Origin: an uncultured Bacteroidota bacterium
GTDB taxonomy: Bacteria > Bacteroidota > Bacteroidia > Chitinophagales > Chitinophagaceae
Assembly (NCBI GenBank): GCA_903875055.1
Contig: CAIQUX010000247.1
Span: 1 to 62,771, forward strand
Direction: 5' to 3'
DNA: 62,771 bases
Under the pieces are notes generated by a model. It made no database searches. It was given only the letters and a program-made list of their open reading frames with translations, and had not been told where the DNA came from. Made by a program: the position numbers and the translations under genes. Shown piece by piece: positions 38,284-48,170 of the stretch. Numbering within the stretch: the first letter of the stretch is position 1; every line of letters starts with the position of its first letter.

Positions 38284-38880
38284 ATGTCATACGAAAAAAT
38301 CGAAAAGTATAATGAACAAACCTTGTCATCCCTGATGGGAAATTACAAGGGTATTCTGGAATCTTTAGGTGAAGATGTTACACGTGAAGGATTAGAGAAG
38401 ACACCGTTGCGGGTGGCCAAAGCGATGAGTAATCTCACGCAAGGCTATAAGATGGATGCGGTATCCATCATCAATTCGGCTAAGTTCAAAGAAAGTTACA
38501 GCGAGATGGTGATAGTAAAAGATATCGAGTTGTATTCGATGTGTGAGCATCATATGTTGCCTTTTTTCGGCAAAGCGCATATCGCCTACATACCCGATGG
38601 CTATATTACCGGACTCAGTAAACTGGCGAGGGTGGTAGATTGTTTTGCCAAACGACTGCAGGTACAGGAACGTATGACGCATCAGATATTGGATGCCGTG
38701 CAGGAAGCTTTAAATCCTTTAGGCGTTGCAGTTGTCATCGAGGCAAAGCATCTTTGTATGATGATGCGTGGTGTGCAAAAACAAAATTCTGTGACAACCA
38801 CCTCTGCGTTTTGTGGTGAATTCGGAAAACAAGCCACACGATCTGAGTTCTTACGTTTGATTTCTTCCAGCCTTCATTAG
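38284..38880 (+). CDS. folE: GTP cyclohydrolase I (FolE)
   Basis: [34 protein letters not shown] and QVQERMT motifs. ATG 38284; the ORF-track start at 38164 overlaps the PTPS gene. Confidence 0.93.
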   Translation: MSYEKIEKYNEQTLSSLMGNYKGILESLGEDVTREGLEKTPLRVAKAMSNLTQGYKMDAVSIINSAKFKESYSEMVIVKDIELYSMCEHHMLPFFGKAHIAYIPDGYITGLSKLARVVDCFAKRLQVQERMTHQILDAVQEALNPLGVAVVIEAKHLCMMMRGVQKQNSVTTTSAFCGEFGKQATRSEFLRLISSSLH

Positions 38881-38910
38881 TCTTTTACAACTCACTTTTC
38901 AACTTCACAC

Positions 38911-39639
38911 ATGAATATCTCAAATAATAAAATTCTTATCACGGGTGGTGCCACGGGTATCGGTCTTGGATTGACTGAACGATTTATCAGCGAAAACAAT
39001 ACCGTTATTGTCTGCGGACGAAGAGAATCTGTCTTGAATGAATTAAAGGATAGGTTCCCTACTGTCATTACCCGTGTTTGTGATGTGTCTGTAGAAAATG
39101 AGCGTACGGAGCTTTATAATTGGGTGGCGGCTGAGCATAGTGATCTGAATGTGTTGATCAATAATGCAGGTATTCAGCAATGGATGACAATTACTGATGA
39201 AGATTTTTTTAGCAGGGCAACAGAGGAGATTGCAGTCAATATTGAAGCGCCGATTCATTTATCGTCATTATTCATTCAGCTGAATTCGTTGAAGGTGATC
39301 ATGAATGTCACATCAGGTTTGTCGTTTGTACCCTTGACAAAGACGCCGGTCTATTCAGCAACCAAGGCCTTTTTTCATTCATTTACCTGGTCGCTTCGCG
39401 AATTGCTGAAGGCAAGGGGTATCGAGGTGATTGAAATCATTCCACCGGCGTTGAACACCGATTTAGGAGGTAAAGGCTTGCATGATTATGCGCCTCCTGT
39501 TTCCGATTTCATAGCGTCCATTTTCGAACAATTGAACGATGGGAAAACTGAACTCACCTTTGGTATGAGCGAGGCCATGAGTAAAGCTGGTCCGGAGGAT
39601 ATTCGTAAAGCATTTGCCCGTATGAATACTATGAATTAA
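38911..39639 (+). CDS. Short-chain dehydrogenase/reductase (candidate pterin/sepiapterin reductase)
   Basis: TGGATGIG cofactor motif, NNAG, and the S...YSATK catalytic triad. The substrate is inferred from context only. Confidence 0.8.
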   Translation: MNISNNKILITGGATGIGLGLTERFISENNTVIVCGRRESVLNELKDRFPTVITRVCDVSVENERTELYNWVAAEHSDLNVLINNAGIQQWMTITDEDFFSRATEEIAVNIEAPIHLSSLFIQLNSLKVIMNVTSGLSFVPLTKTPVYSATKAFFHSFTWSLRELLKARGIEVIEIIPPALNTDLGGKGLHDYAPPVSDFIASIFEQLNDGKTELTFGMSEAMSKAGPEDIRKAFARMNTMN

Positions 39640-39687
39640 GCAGTAGCAAAAAATATCTGATTTGCTGGGTTTTTAACAAGACGTTTC

Positions 39688-40476
39688 CTATTGTTCCTTT
39701 ACATCAATTTCTTCCTCCTCTATTCGCTCGCTGTTCCATTCCAGGATGAAATTGTTTCGACCTTCACCTACCAGAATAGTCATGTATTTTTGCTGAGTTA
39801 GTTCGAGTATCCCTAGAAAATTGAAGATGGCATGAATTCGACTCTCGCAAGATTGAAAAATCCGTTCAAAGGCTATTTTACCTTCCCGTTGTGCCCATTC
39901 CAGTAAAAAATCACGCTGTCCTTCCATGGTGTAATTATACTTTACCACCACATGCTGAGGTTTGGCCAATCTATCCTGCATCCGTTTCATGACTTTCTCA
40001 TAACTTTGGAAGAGTTTGAAAATTGTAACTGACTGGATTTCAGTGCCTTCACTCATGGTTTCACCGATAGTATTCAATTCCTTGTTCACATTACCTCTGG
40101 CAAACTGAAGCATGCGATCAGCCTCCATTTCCTTCATCTCTTCGGCGGCTTCCTTGAAACGTTTGTATTCCAGGATCTTGTCAATTAATTCCTTCCGCGG
40201 ATCGATTTCATTTCCGAATTCATCTATTTCCTTCCGCGGAATTAACATTTTGGCTTTGATACGGATAAGCGTGGAAGCAAACAGGATAAATTCGCTCGCC
40301 AGTTCGATATTGAGTTCCTCCAGTTCTTTGATGTAATGAAGAAACTCGTCTGTAATCGAGAAAATGGGGATATTCTGGATGTCGATTTCGTCTCGTTCGA
40401 TAAAGAACAATAGCAAATCAAAAGGACCTTCGAATTGATCGATCTTTATATTATAGGAAGGAGTAGTAGCTGCCAT
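39688..40476 (-). CDS. scpA: Segregation and condensation protein A
   Basis: FEGPFDLLLFFIERDEIDIQNIPI and EFILFASTLIRIKAKMLIP motifs. Confidence 0.9.
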   Translation of the reverse strand: MAATTPSYNIKIDQFEGPFDLLLFFIERDEIDIQNIPIFSITDEFLHYIKELEELNIELASEFILFASTLIRIKAKMLIPRKEIDEFGNEIDPRKELIDKILEYKRFKEAAEEMKEMEADRMLQFARGNVNKELNTIGETMSEGTEIQSVTIFKLFQSYEKVMKRMQDRLAKPQHVVVKYNYTMEGQRDFLLEWAQREGKIAFERIFQSCESRIHAIFNFLGILELTQQKYMTILVGEGRNNFILEWNSERIEEEEIDVKEQ

Positions 40477-40516
40477 TTTAGAGAATGATTGAGTTTCAAA
40501 AATAGTCTTATCGGGG

Positions 40517-41656
40517 TTAGGAAACTTTGTTTTCCTGTGTTATTTTTTCAACAATGGCGTAAAACTCCAACGCGCTTTTATCCCAATTGAATTTTTGGAC
40601 TTGTGTTCGGGTGGCTTCGATAAGTCGGTTGCGCAAGTTTTCGTCCTTGTAAAGCAGAGACATGGCACTTGCTATGTCATCCACATTCTCAGGGTCAACC
40701 AAAATGGCGGTTTCGCCAGCTACTTCAGGCATGGAAGAAGTGTTTGATACAATCGACGGGATTTCACATTGGATTGCCTCAAGTATCGGAATACCAAATC
40801 CTTCAAATAAGGATACAAAAGTCAGGGCATAGGCCGCACCAATCACTTTGCTTAATTCCTGAACTTCCATATAATCGTAATGGAGAACATCATTTTTAAA
40901 TGGATGCAGTTGTATGGCACTTCTGATTTCTGCTGCATTCCAGGCAAAGCGCCCGATAATCAAAATCTTCATATTGCTGCGTTGCTTGCGCTTAAAGATT
41001 TCAAAGGCTTTTAGTAAATTGCCCACGTTCTTTCGAGGGTGCAAAGCGCCGGCAAACACAAAATATTCACAACCCTGCGCATAGGTATCCCTGATGTCTT
41101 GTTTAGTTTCGTAATTGAGAGGCTTGTAAAAGTCATGGGCTCCATTGAATACGATACTTATTTTATTCGGATCGGCGCCGTAGGTCGTGATAAGGTCTTC
41201 TTTTGAATAGGTTGAAACAGTGACCGTATGGGCGGCTTTCCTTACAAATTTTGGAGTAAACTTCTGAAGGTAATATCTGAACTTGAAAGGAAGATGTTCA
41301 GGGTAATGTTCAAATGCCAGATCATGCACTACCAGTATGCTTGGCACATCACTTGACAAGGACAGGAATCCGTCTGTGGAGATGAAAATGTCGGCTTTAT
41401 ATTTCTTCAAGGCCCTTCTGACTGACCATTCAAACCAAATATACCAAAGGATAGGATGTCGTGCCGGAGGAGGAATGACGACCGGGGTGATGTTTTCTGC
41501 AAAGATAAATTGCTGGTCATAAGGTCGGTCAAACAGGAATATGAACTCATGTTCGGGATGATTCAACACCATCCTTTTAATGATTTCGTTGGTAAACCAA
41601 CCTATTCCTTCTAATTTCCCTTTTAGTAAAAAACGTGTATTGACCGCAATTCTCAT
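40517..41656 (-). CDS. Glycosyltransferase family 4 (GT-B)
   Basis: MRIAVNTRFL start and EGFGIPILEA (E-x7-E) motif. ATG 41656 is preferred over the upstream extension. Confidence 0.85.
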   Translation of the reverse strand: MRIAVNTRFLLKGKLEGIGWFTNEIIKRMVLNHPEHEFIFLFDRPYDQQFIFAENITPVVIPPPARHPILWYIWFEWSVRRALKKYKADIFISTDGFLSLSSDVPSILVVHDLAFEHYPEHLPFKFRYYLQKFTPKFVRKAAHTVTVSTYSKEDLITTYGADPNKISIVFNGAHDFYKPLNYETKQDIRDTYAQGCEYFVFAGALHPRKNVGNLLKAFEIFKRKQRSNMKILIIGRFAWNAAEIRSAIQLHPFKNDVLHYDYMEVQELSKVIGAAYALTFVSLFEGFGIPILEAIQCEIPSIVSNTSSMPEVAGETAILVDPENVDDIASAMSLLYKDENLRNRLIEATRTQVQKFNWDKSALEFYAIVEKITQENKVS

Positions 41657-41782
41657 AAAACGAGGCAAATGTAATTGACGGGTGGAATATTCAATAATTA
41701 ATTTTAACTGTGAATGAGATAAGCGAGACAATCCCAGGTATGCAAACCTAATATGAAATGCGTGAAAATCTTCTTAATACAG

Positions 41783-42619
41783 CTAGTTCATTCTCAGGTT
41801 ATCGATGAGCCTTACCCCCTCAAGCCGGCTGGCTAATAGTACCACCATTTTTTGGGAAGGTGCAAAATCTGTTAGAAGATCAAGGGTTTCTGCATCAGCC
41901 AGAAGTAAGTATTCTGTTTCGAAGGAATTTGAATCCAGATAACGGATATATCTTTCCTGAAGCGATGAAAAGGGTGTCTTAGCCATTTCATCCCTGATAG
42001 ACTTCAGACAATAGAAAATCGCACTGGCCTTTTCCCTTGCACTCTTGGACAGCAATTCGTTACGTGAACTCATAGCTAATCCGTTAGCTTCACGACGAGT
42101 TGGGCAGGTAATCAGTTCAATTGTACTTTTCTTTATTTCAAGTAGCCTTCTTACCACCAGACATTGCTGAAAATCTTTTTCCCCCATATACAATCTAGAC
42201 GGTTTGACCGCCTCAAGCAATCGGTCTACCACATTACAGACCCCGTTAAAATGTCCCGGTCTGAACTTTCCGTCGAGAATCGTATCCAGATAACCAATAT
42301 CGTATCCCGCTAATTGGCCAATGCCATCGGGGTAAATTTCATCACTTGCTGGCAGAAAAAGTACCTCTGTGCCTACCTGAGAGAGCATGTCGATATCTGA
42401 TGAAAGTGTCATCGGGTACTTTTCAAAATCCTTTTTGTCATTGAATTGCGCCGGGTTGATGAAAACGCTGCATACAGTCAGGCTGTTTTCCTGTTTAGCT
42501 TTTTCTATGAGAGAAAGGTGCCCCTTATGTAAAGCTCCCATAGTAGGGACAAAGCCGACTGAGCCCGTCTGTTTTTCCAGAAACTGCTTCAAATCGGCTA
42601 TTTTTTTAAATATAAACAT
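41783..42619 (-). CDS. panC: Pantoate-beta-alanine ligase
   Basis: GFVPTMGALHKGHLSL (HxGH), FVNPAQF and SSRN motifs. Confidence 0.94.
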   Translation of the reverse strand: MFIFKKIADLKQFLEKQTGSVGFVPTMGALHKGHLSLIEKAKQENSLTVCSVFINPAQFNDKKDFEKYPMTLSSDIDMLSQVGTEVLFLPASDEIYPDGIGQLAGYDIGYLDTILDGKFRPGHFNGVCNVVDRLLEAVKPSRLYMGEKDFQQCLVVRRLLEIKKSTIELITCPTRREANGLAMSSRNELLSKSAREKASAIFYCLKSIRDEMAKTPFSSLQERYIRYLDSNSFETEYLLLADAETLDLLTDFAPSQKMVVLLASRLEGVRLIDNLRMN

Positions 42620-42731
42620 ACTTTAGTTAACGGTAAATAACATTTGACAATGAATAACTGTTGAAAAATAGCATTATTTATTGTACCTTCGCACCCCTAA
42701 ATAATCTATATACTCAATAAAAGTAACCTAA

Positions 42732-43553
42732 ATGGCGGTAATCCAAAAGAAAAAAATTCTTTTTATTTCGCAAGAATTTTCCCCATATAATGAGGAGAAT
42801 GAATTTTCGAAAGTATTAAACGCACTGGCGGTTAAATCTAATGAGACTGGTTATGAGGTTCGTGTTATCATGCCTCGATTCGGCGTGATAAACGAGCGTC
42901 GTCACCGTTTACACGAAGTTGTAAGACTTTCTGGTATCAATATCAATGTAGACAAACAGGATTATCCACTGGTCATCAAAGTAGCTTCCCTTCCTAATGC
43001 CCGTCTTCAGGTCTATTTCATGGATAATGAAGATATGTACAAGCGCAAGAATACGTTCCATGAAGAAAACGGCGATTTTTTTTCCGACAATGCGGCACGT
43101 ACCATCTTCTTTTGTAAAGGGGCCTTGGAAACCGTCAAAAAATTCGGATGGCCTCCTGATGTGATTCATGTTCATGGCTGGATGAGTGCACTGATTCCAA
43201 TGTATATCAAATCTTTTTATAAGAAAGAGCCAGTCTTCGCTAATTCGAAGCTTGTTTTTTCAGCCACCAAGGAAATGGTCAAAGATGATATGGGCGAATT
43301 GTTTTCAAAGCAGGTTCTCAGCAGTACACCGCTTAAGGAGAAAGATGTTGAATTATATAAAAGCGGTTCCAATCTTGATATGTTTATAGGTGGAGCTAAA
43401 AGTGCCGACTCGGTTATTTTTGCCGACGGTGGTATCAATAAAAAACTCATAGAAGCCATTAAGCCAACCCGTAGTAAAAAAGTGTTAAATTTTGATTCCC
43501 TGGAAGACGACATTACCAATATCATGGATCTTTATAATAACTTGGCAGGCTAA
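42732..43553 (+). CDS. Short glycogen-synthase-like protein (N-terminal GT5 domain only)
   Basis: KILFISQEFSPY...VRVIMPRFG..., HVHGWMSALIP motifs. 273 aa, lacking the C-terminal nucleotide-sugar-binding half. Confidence 0.75.
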   Translation: MAVIQKKKILFISQEFSPYNEENEFSKVLNALAVKSNETGYEVRVIMPRFGVINERRHRLHEVVRLSGININVDKQDYPLVIKVASLPNARLQVYFMDNEDMYKRKNTFHEENGDFFSDNAARTIFFCKGALETVKKFGWPPDVIHVHGWMSALIPMYIKSFYKKEPVFANSKLVFSATKEMVKDDMGELFSKQVLSSTPLKEKDVELYKSGSNLDMFIGGAKSADSVIFADGGINKKLIEAIKPTRSKKVLNFDSLEDDITNIMDLYNNLAG

Positions 43554-43568
43554 ATAAAACATATTCAT

Positions 43569-44993
43569 TTGAAACCATTATTTTCGGGCAAACAGGCAAT
43601 TGTTTTTTCAATGCTCGCCATTATCATCAGTACAAACTGGAGCTGCAAGGAAAATACAATCTTACCCAAGAACCTGGTCCCTGCGGTTGACAATATAAAT
43701 ACCTTTGACAGCACAATTTCACTCATCACACATACGCTGTATCAGGATTCTTTTCTGACAGGTGGCTTAAAAGGCGGGTTAAGGCTTTCAGCATCCAATT
43801 CTTTTTACACGGCTTGTGGTAGTATATCCAATGATCCTTCATTTGGTAGTACCCTTGCCTCCATGCATGTGGAAGTATTGCCTGCAGTGCCTAATTTTAC
43901 GTTCAAGTCGGCCACCAGCACTATGACTATTGACTCGATCGTGTTGGCCATCCCTTACAAACTGGCCTTTGGAGATACCAGTTTTTCATCCATCACACAG
44001 AAATTTAAAGTTTACCGCTCACTGGATACTTTTTCCAGAGACTCTGCCCAATATGAATTTACCAGAGATACCTTCGATGTCAACAGGCCTCTTTCGTCCC
44101 TCAATGTAAATTTCAATTCTCTTCCTCATGATTCACTTTTGATTGGAGGACAATTGCAACAACCTCAGCTTCGTTTTAAACTGGCGTCCTGGTTTGCTGA
44201 TAGTCTGAAGACTCAGGTCGATTCAGGAGCAAATGGTGCTTTAGCTTCATTCACTTCATTCCTGAGCTGGTGGAAAGGATTCGTCATTGTTCCGTCTACG
44301 ACCAAAGGAAATACCTTAGGCTATTTTGAAACTTACCGGACCCGGATGACCATTTATTACCGTTACCCGAAAACAGGCGGCGGTGAGGATACAACAAGTG
44401 ATATCTTCTCGTTTGATCCGAGTTACTGTAATCGTTTTAATGCCATTGCACATAATTATACCGGAAGCAAATCAAAAGCCTTTATCAATACCAAATCCGC
44501 CCAAGGTGATTCGGTTCTTTTTGTACAAAATGAACCGGGGCTCGTTAGCTTGATTCAAGTGCCGGGGCTTCATACAATGGATAACGTGATTGTCAATAAG
44601 GCGGAGCTTGTCTTTACCACCTCAGCCACCCAAAATTTTGCCGATACCATGATATACGGAACTATCCCCCGTCTGCAGATATTCAGTACGGATTCTTCTG
44701 GTAATAATGATCTGGTGGCCAGCGATTATGCAGCCTTTAACAGTGCTTCTTATGTGGATGGGACTCGTTCGCAAGTCCTGATTAATGGAGTGAACTCTAT
44801 CCAATACAGATTTATCGTCACTAATTCAATTCAAAGCCTTATTTCACGAAAAGATAGTAACTTCAGGTATAAAATCATGGGAGCCAATGTAGGACTTCCG
44901 GCCGCCTATCGGACCATTTTGACCGGCAGCGCCAGCAAGATGGATGCGTTCAAACCAAGGTTATACATGATTTATACGAAATTTAAAAAATAA
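43569..44993 (+). CDS. DUF4270 family lipoprotein
   Basis: The TTG start gives a signal peptide with lipobox NWSC. Conserved position between the glgA-like gene and glmS in Bacteroidota (from memory). Confidence 0.65.
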   Translation: MKPLFSGKQAIVFSMLAIIISTNWSCKENTILPKNLVPAVDNINTFDSTISLITHTLYQDSFLTGGLKGGLRLSASNSFYTACGSISNDPSFGSTLASMHVEVLPAVPNFTFKSATSTMTIDSIVLAIPYKLAFGDTSFSSITQKFKVYRSLDTFSRDSAQYEFTRDTFDVNRPLSSLNVNFNSLPHDSLLIGGQLQQPQLRFKLASWFADSLKTQVDSGANGALASFTSFLSWWKGFVIVPSTTKGNTLGYFETYRTRMTIYYRYPKTGGGEDTTSDIFSFDPSYCNRFNAIAHNYTGSKSKAFINTKSAQGDSVLFVQNEPGLVSLIQVPGLHTMDNVIVNKAELVFTTSATQNFADTMIYGTIPRLQIFSTDSSGNNDLVASDYAAFNSASYVDGTRSQVLINGVNSIQYRFIVTNSIQSLISRKDSNFRYKIMGANVGLPAAYRTILTGSASKMDAFKPRLYMIYTKFKK

Positions 44994-44999
44994 TAAACC

Positions 45000-46838
45000 A
45001 TGTGTGGAATCGTTGGCTATATAGGCTCAAAGCAGGCATATCCGATATTGATCAAAGGTCTTAAACGCCTCGAGTATCGCGGTTATGACAGTGCAGGAGT
45101 GGCGATGCTCAACGGTTCACTCAATGTATTGAAAAAAGAAGGCAAAGTTTCCATACTTGAAGAATACAGTAAGGATAAGAATATCAGCGGTACGATCGGT
45201 ATTGGCCATACACGATGGGCCACACATGGCGTACCATGCGATAGAAATGCACATCCGCATTTGTCACAATCAGGCAATATAGCCATCATCCATAACGGCA
45301 TTATAGAAAATTATAATTCACTGCAAAAGGAATTGATCCAATTGGGATATTCATTTAATAGTGATACCGATACCGAAGTGCTTGTCAACCTGATTGAAGA
45401 TATACAAAAGGAAGATAAATTATCGCTTGAAGAAGCAGTTCGTGTTGCTTTGAATGAAGTGATTGGTGCCTACGCCATCGTAGTGATCGATAAACGTGAA
45501 CCTGATAAGCTGGTGGCGGCACGTAAAGGGAGCCCCTTAGTGATCGGTATCGGTAAAGATGAATTTTTTGTAGCTTCCGATGCATCACCTATCATTGAGT
45601 ATACCAAGAATGTGGTGTATCTGAATGATGAAGAAATCGCAGTGCTGCATCGCGACGGTAAGTTGGATATTAAGACATTAGGCAATATTACCAAATCGCC
45701 TTACGTTCAAAAACTGGAGATGGACCTTGAGAAGATCGAGAAAGGAGGCTATGAACACTTTATGCTGAAAGAGATTAATGAACAGCCTCAGGTGATACGC
45801 GATTGTATGCGCGGACGGATGAATGCTGAACAAGGCTGGATTAAGCTCGGCGGTATCGGTGAATTTTCGGCCCGAATCAATAATGCCAAACGTATCATCA
45901 TTACAGCTTGTGGAACCTCATGGCATAGCGGACTGATTGGTGAATACCTGATAGAAGAACTAGCCCGGGTTCCTGTTGAAGTCGAATATGCATCTGAATT
46001 CAGGTATCGTAACCCGATAGTTACTGAGAAGGATGTGGTGATTGCTATTTCACAATCAGGTGAGACAGCCGATACCTTGTCTGCCATTGAAATTGCTAAA
46101 GAGCGCCAAGCTCTTATTTACGGTATTTGTAATGTCATTGGCTCATCGATCGCAAGAGCGTCTCATGCCGGTTCCTATACGCATGCCGGACCCGAAATTG
46201 GCGTGGCATCAACCAAAGCCTTCAGTGCGCAAGTAACCATCCTGACCTTATTGGCGTTGCAATTGGCTCAGTCGAAAGGCACCATTTCACAATCGAGATT
46301 ACGTCAGTTATTATACGAACTTGAAATCATTCCTTCTAAAGTTGAGGAAGCCTTGAAGACGAATGAAAAGATAAAAGCGATCGCAGAAAAATATAAGGAT
46401 GCACATAACTTCCTGTATCTTGGTCGAGGAATGAGTTTCCCGATTGCCCTTGAAGGTGCGCTGAAGCTCAAGGAAATATCCTATATCCATGCAGAAGGAT
46501 ATCCTGCAGCAGAAATGAAACATGGTCCGATAGCCCTGATCGATGAGAACATGCCGGTGGTATTTATCGCCACGAATATGAGTGCCCATGAAAAGATTGT
46601 TTCTAATATTCAGGAAGTAAAAGCCCGTAAAGGTAAAGTCATTGCCATCGTCAATCACGGAGACGAAGTGATTCGTCAGTTGGCTGATGAGGTGATTGAG
46701 ATTCCTGAGACCGACGATTTGTTATCACCGCTGGTTTCTATCGTGCCACTGCAATTATTGTCGTATCATATCGCTTTGCTCAGAGGTTGTAATGTTGACC
46801 AGCCTCGCAATTTGGCTAAGAGCGTCACCGTGGAATAG
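45000..46838 (+). CDS. glmS: Glutamine-fructose-6-phosphate aminotransferase
   Basis: MCGIVGY nucleophile start, two SIS domains, and the C-terminal motif NVDQPRNLAKSVTVE. Confidence 0.97.
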   Translation: MCGIVGYIGSKQAYPILIKGLKRLEYRGYDSAGVAMLNGSLNVLKKEGKVSILEEYSKDKNISGTIGIGHTRWATHGVPCDRNAHPHLSQSGNIAIIHNGIIENYNSLQKELIQLGYSFNSDTDTEVLVNLIEDIQKEDKLSLEEAVRVALNEVIGAYAIVVIDKREPDKLVAARKGSPLVIGIGKDEFFVASDASPIIEYTKNVVYLNDEEIAVLHRDGKLDIKTLGNITKSPYVQKLEMDLEKIEKGGYEHFMLKEINEQPQVIRDCMRGRMNAEQGWIKLGGIGEFSARINNAKRIIITACGTSWHSGLIGEYLIEELARVPVEVEYASEFRYRNPIVTEKDVVIAISQSGETADTLSAIEIAKERQALIYGICNVIGSSIARASHAGSYTHAGPEIGVASTKAFSAQVTILTLLALQLAQSKGTISQSRLRQLLYELEIIPSKVEEALKTNEKIKAIAEKYKDAHNFLYLGRGMSFPIALEGALKLKEISYIHAEGYPAAEMKHGPIALIDENMPVVFIATNMSAHEKIVSNIQEVKARKGKVIAIVNHGDEVIRQLADEVIEIPETDDLLSPLVSIVPLQLLSYHIALLRGCNVDQPRNLAKSVTVE

Positions 46839-46860
46839 TGTAAGAAAATAGATTTTAGAA

Positions 46861-46895
46861 AAATGGTTTGTACGTTGTGCAAACCATTTTTTTTC
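46861..46895 (+). terminator. Rho-independent terminator after glmS
   Basis: 10-bp stem AAATGGTTTG / CAAACCATTT with a 9-nt loop, running into a T tract of 9. Confidence 0.85.
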
Positions 46896-46956
46896 CTTTA
46901 TGATGAAGTTATTAAAATTGCAAGAGCGATCTGCCTATCATTTTATTCAAATACTG

Positions 46957-46997
46957 CCATTTTTTTTGGGTAACTATTACCCATTTTTTGGGTAACT
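46957..46997 (+). promoter_or_regulatory. Tandem CCA-T(n)-GGGTAACT repeat with embedded 17-nt palindrome upstream of pfkA
   Basis: Units at 46957-46975 and 46981-46997, with GGGTAAC cores 22 bp apart. Palindrome TGGGTAA-CTA-TTACCCA at 46967-46983. Confidence 0.45.
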
Positions 46998-47099
46998 TTT
47001 ATATAAAAAATGACAGATATTACTGAATTGGAAACTTTTTAAGACTTTTAAAACATGGAGTAAATTATACAACTACCTTTATTTCCTAAATACAAACCA

Positions 47100-48080
47100 A
47101 TGTCGAAACCAGCTAATATAGGTATCATGACCTCAGGGGGCGATTCGCCCGGGATGAATGCGGCCATTAGGGCCATAGTACGTACTGCCTTATTTCACGA
47201 TATCAAACCCTTCGGGATCATGCGTGGCTATCAGGGTATGCTCGAAGGTGACATCAAGGAATTACTGACTACCGATGTGTCGAATATCATACACCGGGGA
47301 GGAACGATACTTAAGACTGCACGAAGCAAAGATTTTATGACGGAAGATGGTATGAAAGCCGCCTATGATCAAATTTCAAAACATCATATCGAAGCCCTGG
47401 TCTTGATTGGTGGTGATGGTACGATGCGGGGAGCTGTTGAGTTTTTCAAGCGCTACAAAATCCCGGCCATCGGGATGCCCGGTACGATCGATAATGATTT
47501 GAACGGTACTGACTTTACCATAGGATTTGACACCGCTGTTAACACCGCCATTTGGGCTATAGATAAGATACGCGATACGGCTGAAGCGCATGATCGGATG
47601 TTCATTGTGGAAGTCATGGGGCGTGATGCCGGCTATATCGCCCTTAACAGCGGACTGGCTTGCGGTGCTGAGTATATCTTTATTCCCGAGCAAAAAGAGA
47701 TGATGCAGGATATCCTGACCTCGATTCAGGACGACCGTAAGCGAAAGAAAATGACCAATATCATTGTAGTGGCTGAAGGCGATGAATTCGGAGGCGCTAA
47801 TGAGGTAAGTGCCTTAATCAAGCAAAGTATTCCTGATATTGAAACGCGAGTCACCATACTCGGTCATATTCAACGGGGTGGTTCGCCAACCTGTGTCGAT
47901 CGCATATTGGCCAGTCGCCTCGGGCATGGTGCTGTGGAGGCATTAGCCGCAGGTCGTACTCAGGAGATGATCGGTATTGTCAATGGCGAAATTGTTTTTA
48001 CACCTTTTGCTTCCTGTGTAAAGTTACAGAAGCCTATACCGGATGATTTGCTTGAAATGATTAAGGTGCTGGCAAAGTAA
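47100..48080 (+). CDS. pfkA: ATP-dependent 6-phosphofructokinase
   Basis: TSGGDSPGMNAAIR, GGDGT, PGTIDND, MGR and GHIQRGG motifs. Confidence 0.95.
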   Translation: MSKPANIGIMTSGGDSPGMNAAIRAIVRTALFHDIKPFGIMRGYQGMLEGDIKELLTTDVSNIIHRGGTILKTARSKDFMTEDGMKAAYDQISKHHIEALVLIGGDGTMRGAVEFFKRYKIPAIGMPGTIDNDLNGTDFTIGFDTAVNTAIWAIDKIRDTAEAHDRMFIVEVMGRDAGYIALNSGLACGAEYIFIPEQKEMMQDILTSIQDDRKRKKMTNIIVVAEGDEFGGANEVSALIKQSIPDIETRVTILGHIQRGGSPTCVDRILASRLGHGAVEALAAGRTQEMIGIVNGEIVFTPFASCVKLQKPIPDDLLEMIKVLAK

Positions 48081-48170
48081 TAACATGTTATGTCACGTGA
48101 TACAGTATTCATCTGGCTGCTTGCCGGACTTACAATAAATTACCCTATTTTTACGTTTTTGTAACTATCC

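Noticed and set aside
44994-44999. Looked for a glmS ribozyme or other leader upstream of glmS.
   Set aside because: Only 6 nt separate the DUF4270 stop from the glmS ATG, so there is no room for a ribozyme.
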